From: an uncultured Planctomycetales bacterium | Lineage (GTDB): Bacteria > Omnitrophota > Gorgyraeia > Zapsychrales > JAHFFX01 | Direction: 5' to 3' | Assembly: GCA_964464475.1 (NCBI GenBank) | Contig: CAYXGG010000003.1 | Span: 48,823-112,822, forward strand | Length of the DNA: 64,000 bases | Shown here: in pieces, positions 54,437 to 64,000 of the stretch | Layout of the letters: each line of letters begins with the position of its first letter | Position numbering within the stretch: position 1 is the first letter of the stretch | Position numbers and translations under genes: made by a program | The notes under the pieces: generated by a model | Databases searched by the model: none | Told to the model about the DNA's origin: nothing | What the model saw: the letters and a program-made list of their open reading frames with translations, nothing else

Positions 54437-54961
54437 TTACGTCTCTTTTTTACCTCGCATCATAAGAATTTTTCCAGTCCTAACCATTTCCAAAACGCCA
54501 AATTTCTTTAACTGCTCTTCCAATTGATCTAAATCAGCAGAAGTGCCCGTTTGCTCCACGATCAAGCATTTTTCTGAATCATCTACGATATGAGCACGGT
54601 ATTTCTTAATGAGTTTACTAACCGTTGCCTTGCTGCCGGGTTTGGCTTGAATTTTGACCAAAGCTAACTCTTTTTCAATGGCGCCTTCGGCCGTGTGTTC
54701 ACTAACGTGAAGCACATCAATCAATTTACCGGCTTGCTTAATAATCTGCTCCAAAGATTCAGGATTCCCGGAAGCGGTAATGGTCATCCGAGAATAATCG
54801 GCATTTAAGGTGGGGGAGACGACCAACGAATCAATATTGAATCCTCTTCGCGCAAAAACCAGCGCAATGCGCACCAAAACACCAGGTTTATTAGCAACCA
54901 ACAAACTGATCGTATGCAAATCTTTACGTTGCGAACGTTTTAATTCGGCTGTGATAGTCAT
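54437..54961 (-). CDS. ilvN: Acetolactate synthase small subunit
   Basis: HTISLLVANKPGVL, RRGFNIDSL, EMVRTG. Confidence 0.95.
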   Translation of the reverse strand: MTITAELKRSQRKDLHTISLLVANKPGVLVRIALVFARRGFNIDSLVVSPTLNADYSRMTITASGNPESLEQIIKQAGKLIDVLHVSEHTAEGAIEKELALVKIQAKPGSKATVSKLIKKYRAHIVDDSEKCLIVEQTGTSADLDQLEEQLKKFGVLEMVRTGKILMMRGKKET

Positions 54962-54962
54962 A

Positions 54963-56717
54963 TTATGTACTTCCTGTTGGTTTCTCTAACTTTTGATCTT
55001 TTTTTGGTGGTTCAATGATCATGTGATACGCCGATTTTCCCGCAGGAATCATAGGAAAAACATTATCTTCCTTGATGACTTCGGCATGGATAACACAGGG
55101 GCCAGCATATTCCATCGCCTGTTTCAAAACTCTATGGGCATCCTCGGGTTTAGCCACATGAAATCCCTTAATGCCATACGCTTCCGCCAATTTCACAAAA
55201 TCCGGATTACCTTCCAAATCCACTCCGGAAAGCCGGTTGTCAAAAAACAATTCCTGCCATTGACGCACCATCCCCAAATATTTATTATCAATAATCAAAA
55301 CCTTAACCGGTAATTTATGCACAAAAACCGTCGACAATTCGTATAACGTCATTTGAAATCCACCGTCACCCACAATGGCCACGACCAAATCGTCCGGTTT
55401 ACCAAACTGCGCCCCAACAGCCGCAGGAAAACCAAATCCCATTGTCCCCGCGCCACCCGAAGACAACCAATAATCGCATTGGTCGGTCAAATAAAACTGA
55501 GCCGCCCACATTTGGTGCTGGCCCACGTCGGTAGAGACAATCGCCTTACCCTTGGTGACTTTATACAATTCGTGAATGACTTGTTGCGCGGTCAAACCAT
55601 TTTTGGTTTCATATTTTAACGGATACTGTGCTTTTAAATGATTCAATTCATTTAACCAATCTTTAGTATTCAACGGTTCCACCAACTTGACCAATTCTTC
55701 AACGATCTCTTTGGCGTCACCAACCACACTGGCATCCGGCTTGACGATTTTATTCACTTCCGCCGGATCAATATCGATATGTAATTTCTTAGCACCAATA
55801 CAAAACTCAGCGTTATTACCGTTAATACGATCATCCCATCTGGACCCAATTGAAATAATTAAATCGCAAAGCGTGAGGGCTTTATTTGCGTAAGCGGTTC
55901 CGTGCATTCCCAGCATCCCTAAAGAAAGGGGATGAGTTTCTGGAAATCCGCCTTTACCCAATAAAGTATTAGTGACCGGGGCGTTTAACTTTTGGGCTAA
56001 CTTCATGATGGCTTGACCCGCGCGAGAAATAACCGTTCCATGCCCAACTAAAATTAATGGCTTTTTGGAACCCTTAAACAATTGCGCCATTTTCAGAATA
56101 TCTTTTTTGCTCGCTGGGCCAGGCACTTTATACCCGGGAATATCCATCTCAGGGTCGAGAGAGGGACCCGTAAATGGACCCGAAGAAATATCTTTAGGAA
56201 TATCAATCAACACCGGACCTGGTCGTCCCGTTGACGCAATAAAAAAAGCTTCCTTGATCATCCGAGGAATATCATTTGTTTTCTTGACCAGGTAATTATG
56301 CTTAACCACCGGCATTGAAACACCAAAAATATCCGCCTCCTGAAAGGCGTCCTTCCCCAACATCGCGGTAATGGTTTGCCCCGTGATCACAATCATCGGC
56401 ACTGAATCCATATGTGCAGTCATCATTCCGGTGACCGTATTAGTAGCACCTGGACCACTGGTAACAAGAACCACACCCGGCTTACCCGTTGCGCGCGCAT
56501 AACCGTCCGCCATATGAGTTGCGCCTTGTTCGTGGCGGACTAGAATTAATTTAATTTTTGAACCGACTAACGCGTCAAAGATGGGGATAGCCGCTCCCCC
56601 AGAGAGACCAAAAATGTACTCGACCTCTAAATTTTCTAAACAGCGAATCAGCGCTTCGGCGCCGGTCATCGGTTTAGGCGGTGTTGGGGTTTTAACTTTT
56701 GTGGGCATATTTTTCAT
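54963..56717 (-). CDS. ilvB: Acetolactate synthase large subunit
   Basis: [43 protein letters not shown]. Confidence 0.97.
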   Translation of the reverse strand: MKNMPTKVKTPTPPKPMTGAEALIRCLENLEVEYIFGLSGGAAIPIFDALVGSKIKLILVRHEQGATHMADGYARATGKPGVVLVTSGPGATNTVTGMMTAHMDSVPMIVITGQTITAMLGKDAFQEADIFGVSMPVVKHNYLVKKTNDIPRMIKEAFFIASTGRPGPVLIDIPKDISSGPFTGPSLDPEMDIPGYKVPGPASKKDILKMAQLFKGSKKPLILVGHGTVISRAGQAIMKLAQKLNAPVTNTLLGKGGFPETHPLSLGMLGMHGTAYANKALTLCDLIISIGSRWDDRINGNNAEFCIGAKKLHIDIDPAEVNKIVKPDASVVGDAKEIVEELVKLVEPLNTKDWLNELNHLKAQYPLKYETKNGLTAQQVIHELYKVTKGKAIVSTDVGQHQMWAAQFYLTDQCDYWLSSGGAGTMGFGFPAAVGAQFGKPDDLVVAIVGDGGFQMTLYELSTVFVHKLPVKVLIIDNKYLGMVRQWQELFFDNRLSGVDLEGNPDFVKLAEAYGIKGFHVAKPEDAHRVLKQAMEYAGPCVIHAEVIKEDNVFPMIPAGKSAYHMIIEPPKKDQKLEKPTGST

Positions 56718-56744
56718 AAAATTCCTTAAGTTTATAAGGCTGTA

Positions 56745-56842
56745 ATATTAACAAAATTGCCCTAGTGACGCAAGACAAAATTTGGGAATACCGTCAGCGT
56801 ATCAACATTCAGCTTGCCAGCGTCCTCATTTTTGTTTATAGT
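56745..56842. promoter_or_regulatory. Divergent sigma70 promoters
   Basis: Minus: TTGCGT-17-TAATAT (56773-56745); plus: TTGCCA-17-TATAGT (56814-56842). Confidence 0.6.
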
Positions 56843-56853
56843 ATCGACCTGTC

Positions 56854-57870
56854 ATGATTTCAATAAAACAAACAGCAACTACGATCAAAGCCGTGGGCAT
56901 GATCTCCGGCGGTTTGGATAGCCTCTTAGCCGCAAAAATCATGCGCGATCTGGGGGTTGAAGTTCACGGGGTCTATTTTGCCATGCCCTGGGGCTGTTGC
57001 GATAAAGACAAAGCCCTGAAAGGAGCCGCTAAGCTAGGCATCCAGTGCCTAGTACTACAGCTAGATGAACGCTACCTTGAAATAGTCAAGAAACCCAAAC
57101 ATGGCTATGGCGCCGCCCTCAATCCTTGCGTTGATTGCCGTATTCATATGTTTAGTCGGGCTCAAAAATACATGGAACAAATTGGCGCTCACTTTGTTTT
57201 TACAGGTGAAGTGGTTGGCCAAAGACCTATGTCACAATTAAAGCATAAAATGGAACTGATTGAGCGCAATAGCGGTTTACAAGGACGCCTCCTACGGCCC
57301 CTGTGCGCCCAAATATTGGAACCGACTATTCCTGAACTAGATGGCTTAGTTGACCGAAAGAAACTATTGGCGCTCACTGGGCGCGGCCGTCGCGATCAGC
57401 TAGACCTAGCCGATCAATTTGGGATTACTGATTTTCTCGCTCCAGCAGGAGGATGTCTGTTAACGGACAAACATTTTGCAGTCAAAATGAAGGATACCTT
57501 TAAATTCGGTTATCGCAGTTTCCGGGAAACAATTGCTTTGAAATGGGGCCGACATTTCCGCTATAACTCAGAATTTAAGATTATTTTAGGAAGAGATGAA
57601 TTGGAAAATGAATCACTGAAGAGCTATGCCCATATGGATGATCTGATTATGGAGCTTCCTGATCGTAAGGGTCCGACATTAATTCTTAAAGGTACCAATC
57701 CAAGCACCGAACTGTTAACATTTTGCGCGGGACTTATTCAGAAATTCTCTATTTACAAAAATGCTCCACCCAAAATAACTCATTACTGGAAATCCGCTGA
57801 ACCGAACAATCAGTTCAACATCCAAGCTAGGATGATTGAAGATACAGAATTAGAACCTATGAAAATATAA
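56854..57870 (+). CDS. PP-loop tRNA sulfurtransferase-like protein (ThiI/MnmA-like, DUF814-type C-terminus)
   Basis: SGGLDS, GCC, NPCVDCR, TGEVVGQRPMSQ, PAGGCLLTD, GRHFR. Confidence 0.8.
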   Translation: MISIKQTATTIKAVGMISGGLDSLLAAKIMRDLGVEVHGVYFAMPWGCCDKDKALKGAAKLGIQCLVLQLDERYLEIVKKPKHGYGAALNPCVDCRIHMFSRAQKYMEQIGAHFVFTGEVVGQRPMSQLKHKMELIERNSGLQGRLLRPLCAQILEPTIPELDGLVDRKKLLALTGRGRRDQLDLADQFGITDFLAPAGGCLLTDKHFAVKMKDTFKFGYRSFRETIALKWGRHFRYNSEFKIILGRDELENESLKSYAHMDDLIMELPDRKGPTLILKGTNPSTELLTFCAGLIQKFSIYKNAPPKITHYWKSAEPNNQFNIQARMIEDTELEPMKI

Positions 57871-57893
57871 TAAACCAGCAAATAATAAAACCT

Positions 57894-59204
57894 ATGTTAA
57901 CAGAACAAGACATTCTCAAGCCCTTATCGCAAATCATTGATCCGGATTTAAACCGTGATATTGTGTCGCTCGGATTCATTAAGAACCTCGTGATCAAAGG
58001 AGGGGACGTTAGTTTTGACATTGAATTAACAACTCCGGCCTGTCCCGTCAAATCCGAGTTTCAAAAGCAGGCAGAAAAACTCGTTGGTCAAATGGCTGGA
58101 GTTAAAAATGTAGCGGTCAATATGACCGCTCCGGAACGCGCCCGGCAAGCACCCACGGAACTCCTGGACAGCACCTTAAAAGATGTTAAATCCATCATTG
58201 CTGTCTCCTCGTGCAAAGGGGGCGTGGGGAAATCAACCATTGCGGCGGGTTTAGCGCTCACCTTGGCCCAGCGCGGGTTTAAGGTGGGTTTAGTCGATGC
58301 GGATTTATATGGGCCCTCAGTTCCATCTCTTTTTAAAATACCCCAATCTAAAGTCTTTGCGGATGAGAAAAACCACATCATTCCGTTGCAGTTCGGGCCC
58401 TTAAAAGTCATGTCGTTCGGATATCTCTTAGGTGATTCACCAGCCGTCATGCGCGGTCCGATTGTGTCTCGATATATCCAGCAGTTATTGCATAGCACGG
58501 CCTGGGGTAACTTGGATTATCTTTTTATTGATATGCCTCCTGGGACCGGAGATATTCAACTGACGATCACTCAGACGGTACGATTATCTGGAGCCGTCAT
58601 CGTCACGACCCGGCAAACTCTTTCCTTAGTGGACGTCTCACGCGGGATATTGATGTTTGAGAAAGTTGCCGTCCCGATGCTAGGCATCATTGAAAACATG
58701 TCTTATTTTGTTTGCGATCACTGTTCTAAGAAACATTACATTTTTGGAGGAAGTCAATCAACAGACCTGGAATCCCGATTTGGGTTACCGACATTAGCCG
58801 AAATACCTATTCTGCAATCCTTGACCGGGACCTTAGATGCGCAGCAAACCAATCCAGTCATGAATCATGCCGTTGACCAAGTCATTCGGGCCCTGGGACG
58901 CCAACAGCTCATCAGCCAGGACATTCCTAGTGTTAAATTCGATAAGAATCAATTAAATTTGGAATGGCGTGATGGGAGGAAGGTTTCGTTAGCTCACCGC
59001 CCGATTCGCCTAAGCTGTCAATGCGCTCTTTGCGTCAATGAATTAACTGGAGAGAGACTGCTTAAAGAAGGGAATATTCCCGTGGACATTCAGCCTAAAG
59101 AAATCTTTCCCTTAGGAAATTACGCGCTAGGAATTAACTGGAGCGACGGGCATTCTTCCGGAATTTATCCGTACAAATCCCTACTGAAACTGGCTGGCCA
59201 ATAA
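57894..59204 (+). CDS. Mrp/ApbC Fe-S scaffold with DUF59 and C-terminal DUF971 (HCF101-like)
   Basis: DPDLNRDIV..LTTPACP, SCKGGVGKS, DMPPGTGD, ENMS..CDHC, CQCALC..WSDGHSSGIY. Confidence 0.9.
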   Translation: MLTEQDILKPLSQIIDPDLNRDIVSLGFIKNLVIKGGDVSFDIELTTPACPVKSEFQKQAEKLVGQMAGVKNVAVNMTAPERARQAPTELLDSTLKDVKSIIAVSSCKGGVGKSTIAAGLALTLAQRGFKVGLVDADLYGPSVPSLFKIPQSKVFADEKNHIIPLQFGPLKVMSFGYLLGDSPAVMRGPIVSRYIQQLLHSTAWGNLDYLFIDMPPGTGDIQLTITQTVRLSGAVIVTTRQTLSLVDVSRGILMFEKVAVPMLGIIENMSYFVCDHCSKKHYIFGGSQSTDLESRFGLPTLAEIPILQSLTGTLDAQQTNPVMNHAVDQVIRALGRQQLISQDIPSVKFDKNQLNLEWRDGRKVSLAHRPIRLSCQCALCVNELTGERLLKEGNIPVDIQPKEIFPLGNYALGINWSDGHSSGIYPYKSLLKLAGQ

Positions 59205-59212
59205 AAGCACCA

Positions 59213-59524
59213 TCACTTTCCCAGTTTTTGCTTCAATTCCCCGGAATCATGCATTTCCATGACGATATCGCAACCGCCAATAAATTCACCATTGATAAAG
59301 ACTTGTGGGATGGTGGGCCATTCGGTGAAATCTTTAATACCTTGTCGTAATTCAGGATCTTCCAAAACATTACGCGCTCCAAAAGGTAACCCGTAAGATT
59401 TAAGCACCTCAACTGTACGCGCGGAGAACCCGCATTGAGGAAAGTCAGGGGAACCTTTCATATAAATCATTACCTTATTCTCTTTAATATCTTGTTCAAT
59501 CATGTGTTTAATTTGGTCGTTCAT
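59213..59524 (-). CDS. grxD: Monothiol glutaredoxin (Grx4)
   Basis: MKG..PQCGFS, WPTIPQ, GGCD. Confidence 0.96.
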   Translation of the reverse strand: MNDQIKHMIEQDIKENKVMIYMKGSPDFPQCGFSARTVEVLKSYGLPFGARNVLEDPELRQGIKDFTEWPTIPQVFINGEFIGGCDIVMEMHDSGELKQKLGK

Positions 59525-59536
59525 GGAGGCCTCCTC

Positions 59537-59800
59537 TTAAAATCCCAATTTAGTTTTTTCTTCCTGCCAGCGCTGCGGCGTAAAAGTTTTTAAACCTAAC
59601 GCGTGGACTGTCTGAAATGCTTCTTTTAAAGCTTTCATCACCAGTTGCTGTTGCTTAACAAGTGTCATACCTTCGAATACGGGGCTTACCACAAAAGCCT
59701 GTAAATGCTGACCGTCATTCATCGGATCCAAAACATACGCCACCGAATCGGGAACCGCAAGTTCGATAATGTTCTTAATTTCCTCTAAAGTCATGCTCAT
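59537..59800 (-). CDS. BolA/IbaG family protein
   Basis: DGQHL, FEGMTLVKQQQLV, VHALGLKT. Confidence 0.9.
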   Translation of the reverse strand: MSMTLEEIKNIIELAVPDSVAYVLDPMNDGQHLQAFVVSPVFEGMTLVKQQQLVMKALKEAFQTVHALGLKTFTPQRWQEEKTKLGF

Positions 59801-59801
59801 G

Positions 59802-60038
59802 TCATTTCCAATTCTTCTTTAACCACTCAATGATATCTAAGGATTCGTATAACGCTTTTCCATCAATCACCAAACAAGGAACCTGTCGCTTCCCACCGAT
59901 GGCCAAAAGTTCTTTTTCATAATTTGAATTTTGATGGATGTCTTTAAGCGGTAAAACAATATTGTTTTTTGCCAGGTAATCCCGAACCCGCGCGCAATAA
60001 GGGCAACCCGCAAAATGATAAAGTGTCAATTCCGCCAT
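59802..60038 (-). CDS. Dithiol glutaredoxin-like protein
   Basis: CPYC, QVPCL, YESLDII. Confidence 0.88.
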   Translation of the reverse strand: MAELTLYHFAGCPYCARVRDYLAKNNIVLPLKDIHQNSNYEKELLAIGGKRQVPCLVIDGKALYESLDIIEWLKKNWK

Positions 60039-60068
60039 GGATAGTATCCTTTCATCCTGAAGCGTAGA

Positions 60069-61019
60069 CTACATTGCCTTCTGCCGAGCTACCAATTTCT
60101 CCACAAACTCAATCACATTTAACTCTAACCGCTGTCCATACAAATAATTCATTTCCTGCAAGCAGGTAGGAGAGGTGACGTTCACTTCCGTCAAAAATTT
60201 GCCGATGATATCGATGCCAACAAAATAGAGCTGCAATTCTTTAAGAAATGGTTTTAACAACGCAATGATTTTCTGGTCGTTAGAGGTAATCTCGCAAGCT
60301 TGTGCTTTGCCACCCGCAAAAAAATTATTACGATGATCCTGCTCGGAGTGAACTCTTAATAAAGCGCCCAAGGGTTCACCGTCTAACAATAAAATTCGTT
60401 TATCACCTTGTTGGGCTTCAGGAAGATATTGCTGGGCGATTATTTCTCGTGTGAAGTTATGGGTTAAGGTTTCCAAAATCACGTTGGTATTAGGATCTGC
60501 TTTTGGAATTATAAAGACGCCTTTCCCGCCATGACCATCGGTTGGCTTAACCACTATCTTTTGTTCGGAAAACAAAAAATTAATTAAGTCGGCCCGCTTT
60601 CGCGAAATGAGCGTGCGTGGAGCCACTTGGGGAAAGCGGGAGAGCCAAATCTTTTCATTCACGCTGCGTAACCCATGTGGACTGTTAATAACCGGGATTG
60701 ATTTAGGGAGTAGATCCAACAACCACGTGTTCAATAAATAATTGGCATCAAAAGGTGGGTCGCTGCGGACAAAAACAGCATCAATCTCCTGAGCAGACAA
60801 TTCGACTGTCTTTTTGCGAATAAAGGGGCTGCCTAGGACCCTTTGGGCAATGATTGACTGAGCTTGACAATAGACCGATCCGTTGAGAAAAGAAAAGTCG
60901 CCGTCTGTCGCAAAGAATACGGAATGGCCGCGTTCTTGAGCTCCCAGCATAAAAGCAAAGGATGTGTCCTTTTCCATCAACACCGTTTCCAAAGGATCCA
61001 TGAGGAAAACAAAATTCAT
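60069..61019 (-). CDS. gshB: Glutathione synthetase
   Basis: MDP..KDTS, RSDPPFD, NEK, GDKRI, EVNVTSPT. Confidence 0.95.
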   Translation of the reverse strand: MNFVFLMDPLETVLMEKDTSFAFMLGAQERGHSVFFATDGDFSFLNGSVYCQAQSIIAQRVLGSPFIRKKTVELSAQEIDAVFVRSDPPFDANYLLNTWLLDLLPKSIPVINSPHGLRSVNEKIWLSRFPQVAPRTLISRKRADLINFLFSEQKIVVKPTDGHGGKGVFIIPKADPNTNVILETLTHNFTREIIAQQYLPEAQQGDKRILLLDGEPLGALLRVHSEQDHRNNFFAGGKAQACEITSNDQKIIALLKPFLKELQLYFVGIDIIGKFLTEVNVTSPTCLQEMNYLYGQRLELNVIEFVEKLVARQKAM

Positions 61020-62305
61020 TTTGCTTGGCTCTCCAAATGTAAGATTTCCTGATGCGCAGCAATGACCGCAATGCGCGCCAGAATTCTATAGATATCAAAA
61101 ATATTTATTTCCGAATGACTTTCACAACAGCCATATTTGGGCAGGTGAGGACACATTCTTTTAAATTCCATCCCTGGAGAATTAAGGTTTTGACGGTCAG
61201 ATTTTGCGGAATTAACGCGATAAAAACCGCCCACCATATTGTTGGTAATCTGGTAAACGCAGACTTCGCTAGCTTTATTGTCAAAACTATAAACTGTTGG
61301 CACGCCTTCCTGAATTAAATATTTTTCAATAACCTGAGCGCTTTTTCCGGTAGATAAATTATTCCGTGCCCGACGGTTTAATTCCAAAATATCATTGGGA
61401 TCTTCAATAGGAACGACGGCCATGCCATAGGTTCCCGAATCACCCTTTAAAAAGACAAAGGGTTTCTGCTCCAGCTTGTGTTCAGCATATTTTTGACGGA
61501 TATCTTTAAATAAATCACTCGTTAGATCCATCAATTTCTGACGATCGTGCACATCATTAACATCAATTTTCTCTGCAGTCCGGAAGAAACAAGAAAAATA
61601 CCAAGGATCCAGATCTAAAATATTAGCGAAATCCAGAAGTAATTTATTGGCCAATTCAAAATGATGAGACTTAGATCTAGAATGCCATCCGGCCTGAATG
61701 GAAGGATAAATCGGTGTATGCGAATGCTTCAACACATCCGGAATACCTGAAGTAAGATCATTATTTAAAATGATCAAATCATATTTATCTTCATCGTGAG
61801 AAATCTTGTTAAGAATTTTTTTGAAGCAATAAATGCGGACGGATTTCTGCGTAGCTGTTTCCAACTCAATGTAATTCGCGCTTTCACAAAATTCGGGCTG
61901 AATATTAAAAAAAGTCGCGATGCGGGCCTGAAAACCGGCATTCTTAATAATTTCTTCCAGAATGCGAATATTCTCTAGATACCACGTATTGCGGGTATGC
62001 TCTTCAACAACCAATAATACTTTCTGACACTGCGGCACACGCTCCAGAATGGCCGAACGAATAAACTTAGCCGAATCCTCAATGCCATGCTCGCACAAAT
62101 TATTAAAACCGGCGGGAAAAAGATTGGTATCTACGACGGCAATTTTAAAACAGGCGTCGCGAATGTCCACCGAAGAATACAGCGGCAAATCCTTAATCGT
62201 CTCTTGAGAGCGTAACCAGGAATAGATATCGGCTTGCTTGTCGCGCATGCGCGCCATTAATAAATCAGCGCAATTGCCACGAGATAAATTATTTGTAGAA
62301 CTCAT
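61016..62305 (-). CDS. gshA: Glutamate--cysteine ligase (GshA, PF08886 type)
   Basis: LYSSVDIRDACFKIAVVDTNLFPAGFNNL, NNDL, RSKSHHF, GTYGM, IQEGV, GGFYR, NLNSPG. Confidence 0.88.
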   Translation of the reverse strand: MSSTNNLSRGNCADLLMARMRDKQADIYSWLRSQETIKDLPLYSSVDIRDACFKIAVVDTNLFPAGFNNLCEHGIEDSAKFIRSAILERVPQCQKVLLVVEEHTRNTWYLENIRILEEIIKNAGFQARIATFFNIQPEFCESANYIELETATQKSVRIYCFKKILNKISHDEDKYDLIILNNDLTSGIPDVLKHSHTPIYPSIQAGWHSRSKSHHFELANKLLLDFANILDLDPWYFSCFFRTAEKIDVNDVHDRQKLMDLTSDLFKDIRQKYAEHKLEQKPFVFLKGDSGTYGMAVVPIEDPNDILELNRRARNNLSTGKSAQVIEKYLIQEGVPTVYSFDNKASEVCVYQITNNMVGGFYRVNSAKSDRQNLNSPGMEFKRMCPHLPKYGCCESHSEINIFDIYRILARIAVIAAHQEILHLESQAK

Positions 62306-62354
62306 AGGGGCACTATTATGCCTCAAAAACTCTTAAAAGTCACGTTGGAAGAAT

Positions 62355-63605
62355 TCAAGAAACTCGAGGTTGATCCATTGAAGGCACCAATCGCTGAACA
62401 ATCAATGCGCCCACCGCGTCACCTTCGACATTGACCATGGTGCGGAAGGTATCGAGGATTCGATCCATCGGTAAGAGGATGGCGATCGCCTCCACCGGCA
62501 GCCCAACTGATTGCAGGACCATCACCATCGTCACCATACCGGCACTGGGAATTCCCGGCGCTCCCATTGAAGCCAAGACCGAGGTTAGCAAAACAATAAT
62601 TTGTTGCGCTAAATTTAATTCAACGCCAGACAAATTAGCCACCAAAAGCGCCGCTGACGCTTCATAAAGGGCGGTTCCATCCATATTGATAGTGGCACCC
62701 AACGGAAAAACAAAACCCGCGATTTCTTTACGCACTCCCAAATTTTCCCGAGCACATTTAATGCTAATAGGAAGCGTCGCGTTACTAGAACTTGTCGTTA
62801 AGGCGGTGAGGAGGGCTTCTTTAAAACCACCGAAGAATTTTATCGGAGAATACTTTCCCACGATGGTAAGCGCTGCTGGCAAAATCACCAAACCATGAAA
62901 GAGCGTCGCGCCCAAAATAACCAATACAAATTGACCCAACATTTTAAGCAATCCGACATCCTGTGTGGCCACTAATTTAACTAACAACGCCAAAATACCT
63001 ACGGGAGCCAAACGCATAATCCAGCCGACCATCACCATCAAAATTTCAAAAAGCTCGTTTATGATATCGGTGGTATGCCGGCCACGCTCGCGCAACGCCA
63101 GTAACGCGGCCCCCAGAAACATCGCAAAAACAACAACAGCCAACACTTCCCCCTTGGCCATAGCGGCGATCGGATTAAGAAATACATTACCTAAAAACGA
63201 TTTTATAAACTCACCGACTGACATTTGCGCCGCTTTAAATTCAGCCATCTGAACGGAAAAAAGAGCGGTACTCAAACCGACTCCCGGCTTAAACACGTTC
63301 ATGACGAGCAATCCTAAGACCGAAGCACACGTTGAACTGATCATAAAATAAGTTAAGGTAACAACCCAAACTTTGCGCATCTGCTGGTGTGCTTTCAAAT
63401 TCACAATACCCACCACGATTGAAGAAAAGACCAGGGGGATAATGATCATTTTTAATAAATTAACAAAAACTGCCGCGACCAGCTCCGCCACATAGATGAC
63501 ATTGCTAAAAAGCGGATCTGCGGCCGGAATCTGCCGTAAAACAAAACCCAACCCCGCTCCGACTATCGCCCCTAAGAATATTTGTTGATTTAAGGAGATC
63601 TTCAT
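62355..63605 (-). CDS. Dicarboxylate/amino acid:cation symporter (DAACS)
   Basis: TSSSNATLP, GATINMDGTA, GAPGIP, DRILDTFRT..NVEGD. Confidence 0.95.
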   Translation of the reverse strand: MKISLNQQIFLGAIVGAGLGFVLRQIPAADPLFSNVIYVAELVAAVFVNLLKMIIIPLVFSSIVVGIVNLKAHQQMRKVWVVTLTYFMISSTCASVLGLLVMNVFKPGVGLSTALFSVQMAEFKAAQMSVGEFIKSFLGNVFLNPIAAMAKGEVLAVVVFAMFLGAALLALRERGRHTTDIINELFEILMVMVGWIMRLAPVGILALLVKLVATQDVGLLKMLGQFVLVILGATLFHGLVILPAALTIVGKYSPIKFFGGFKEALLTALTTSSSNATLPISIKCARENLGVRKEIAGFVFPLGATINMDGTALYEASAALLVANLSGVELNLAQQIIVLLTSVLASMGAPGIPSAGMVTMVMVLQSVGLPVEAIAILLPMDRILDTFRTMVNVEGDAVGALIVQRLVPSMDQPRVS

Positions 63606-63635
63606 TGTTATCAACTTTGTGGTATGCTAACCAAC

Positions 63636-63926
63636 ATGGAAGAAAAAATTAAAGATCGCATGACCCGATTACTGCAGCAAACCTTTAAACCCGAACATCT
63701 TGAAGTTACTGATGAAAGCCATCGTCACCACGGCCACTTACCAGATCGGCCGCAAGGTGAATCGCATTTTTCGGTGCTCATTGTGAGCGATCAGTTTCAT
63801 GGGTTAACCCAGGTCCAACGGCATCGTTTGGTTTATCAGTGTTTGAAGGTGGATTTAAAAGAACACATCCACGCGCTGGCCCTTAAAACCCTCACCAACG
63901 CCGAATTTTCTGTACGCCAGCCATGA
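63636..63926 (+). CDS. bolA: BolA family protein
   Basis: DESHRHHGH, GESHF, RHRLVY, IHALALKT; TGnTATGCT ends 7 nt before ATG 63636. Confidence 0.92.
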   Translation: MEEKIKDRMTRLLQQTFKPEHLEVTDESHRHHGHLPDRPQGESHFSVLIVSDQFHGLTQVQRHRLVYQCLKVDLKEHIHALALKTLTNAEFSVRQP

Positions 63927-64000
63927 TCGTCTTCAGTAACGTTCATCCACCGATGGCTGGCTCTGCGTACCGATCCTCATCCCAAGGCTCAGCAGAATTA

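Noticed and set aside
63927-64000. Possible 3' end of a minus-strand gene (…NSAEPWDEDRYAEPAIGG*)
   Set aside because: Too short and truncated by the window edge to support a call.

Overview
A gene-dense bacterial chromosomal segment with no rRNA, tRNA, CRISPR array or transposase that I can see. Almost every gene relates to oxygen, Fe-S clusters or redox: an aa3-type cytochrome c oxidase operon with assembly factors; two ferredoxins with small membrane proteins; a B12-domain radical SAM enzyme; acnA-leuCD-ilvD-aroC; a Fur-family regulator with a TroABCD-type metal ABC transporter; IscA; ThiC; BioB; a 2-oxoacid:ferredoxin oxidoreductase with TrxB; a classical menaquinone cluster lacking menH; aquaporin-tpx-sodA; a class Ic (Mn/Fe) ribonucleotide reductase with NrdR boxes; ilvBN; an HCF101-like Mrp; and a glutathione/glutaredoxin/BolA operon. 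The most unexpected signal is a ~125-nt non-coding element present twice (11089-11214 and 43202-43321). It has three hairpins and a long loop-loop pairing that is kept despite sequence change. One copy lies in the 5' leader of the radical SAM gene and carries an 11-nt perfect anti-Shine-Dalgarno, so it is a candidate undescribed cis-regulatory RNA. Second, the region looks like an 'aerobiosis island' that collects the O2-compatible isoform of the Fe-S/redox step of many pathways. Product calls come from recognised motifs only; no database search or folding program was run. Several start codons were moved from the ORF track using RBS, promoter and family N-termini.
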